32,037 bases of DNA, taken from positions 1-32,037 of the forward strand of contig JABFSC010000304.1 of NCBI GenBank assembly GCA_013140885.1. The letters are read 5' to 3'. The notes under the pieces are model-generated. The model made no database searches. It was not told the origin of the DNA and was given only the letters and a program-made list of their open reading frames with translations. Both the position numbers and the translations under genes were made by a program. The stretch is from Deltaproteobacteria bacterium (GTDB lineage Bacteria > Desulfobacterota > Binatia > Bin18). Below, one piece after another: positions 31,582-32,037 of this stretch; the stretch's first letter is position 1; every line of letters starts with the position of its first letter.

Positions 31582-32037
31582 TCACCGCGCCCCAACAAGC
31601 TGTTGAAAAAGGGCGAAGTATTTTTCGACTTGCGGCTTGCGGTCGAATTGCAATCCCGCGAGGCGCGCGTTTTGCCCCAGCCGCGCCGTCAGAGGCCGGT
31701 CGCGATACAAGGTCAGAATTTTCTCGGCGAGATCAGCGGGATCGCCAAGGGTCGCGAGCACTCCGCAGTCATACTGCCGTGTAATGTCGGTGATCTCGCA
31801 GTCGTCCTCCACCGCAGCCACGTAGGGTCGGCCCGCCGCGAGAATGCCATAGAGCTTGCTCGGCACGATGATGCCCGACAACCCTTTTTTCAGGGAGACG
31901 ATAAACACATCAGCGGACGCGAACGATTCCGTCAGCCGCTCCTTGGGAGCATACGGCAGAAAGCGGACGTTCCCTAATCCCAACGACCGCGTCTGTTCTT
32001 CGAGCGCGGCTTTTTTCACCCCCTCGCCCACGAAGAC
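31582..32037 (-). CDS. GT4 family glycosyltransferase (WbuB/WcaI-like), C-terminal part truncated by window edge
   Basis: GEG, NVRFLPY, ADVFIV, IVPSKLYGILAAGRP. Confidence 0.88.
   Translation of the reverse strand, partial: VFVGEGVKKAALEEQTRSLGLGNVRFLPYAPKERLTESFASADVFIVSLKKGLSGIIVPSKLYGILAAGRPYVAAVEDDCEITDITRQYDCGVLATLGDPADLAEKILTLYRDRPLTARLGQNARLAGLQFDRKPQVEKYFALFQQLVGAR

Overview
A GC-rich bacterial chromosomal window, mostly minus-strand genes. The main block (15343-28210) is a complete alternative complex III operon (actABCDEF plus an ActG-like gene), then sco and an A2-type caa3 oxidase (ctaCDEF). Directly downstream is a peroxiredoxin-like AhpC/TSA gene that the ORF track splits in two: an in-frame TGA replaces the first Cys of WCPYC, so it is a probable UxxC selenoprotein. 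As sequenced, oxidase subunit IV has no stop and runs in frame into that gene, probably through a frameshift. The left part holds a hicBA pair, a glutaredoxin/AhpF-like reductase fusion, a PIN toxin remnant, an MFS transporter and a Ser/Thr signalling module (FHA, PG-binding lipoprotein, SH3b-tipped kinase, PP2C). It also has a 180-bp IS4-type MITE inside a REP-like hairpin, a hairpin-dense leader with a small ORF, and LLM, nitroreductase, GNAT and SDR enzymes. The right end is the tail of a glycan cluster (GT4, phosphoglycosyl transferase, GGR-like flavoprotein, GDP-mannose 3,5-epimerase-like). All family calls come from motif recognition by eye; no searches were run.
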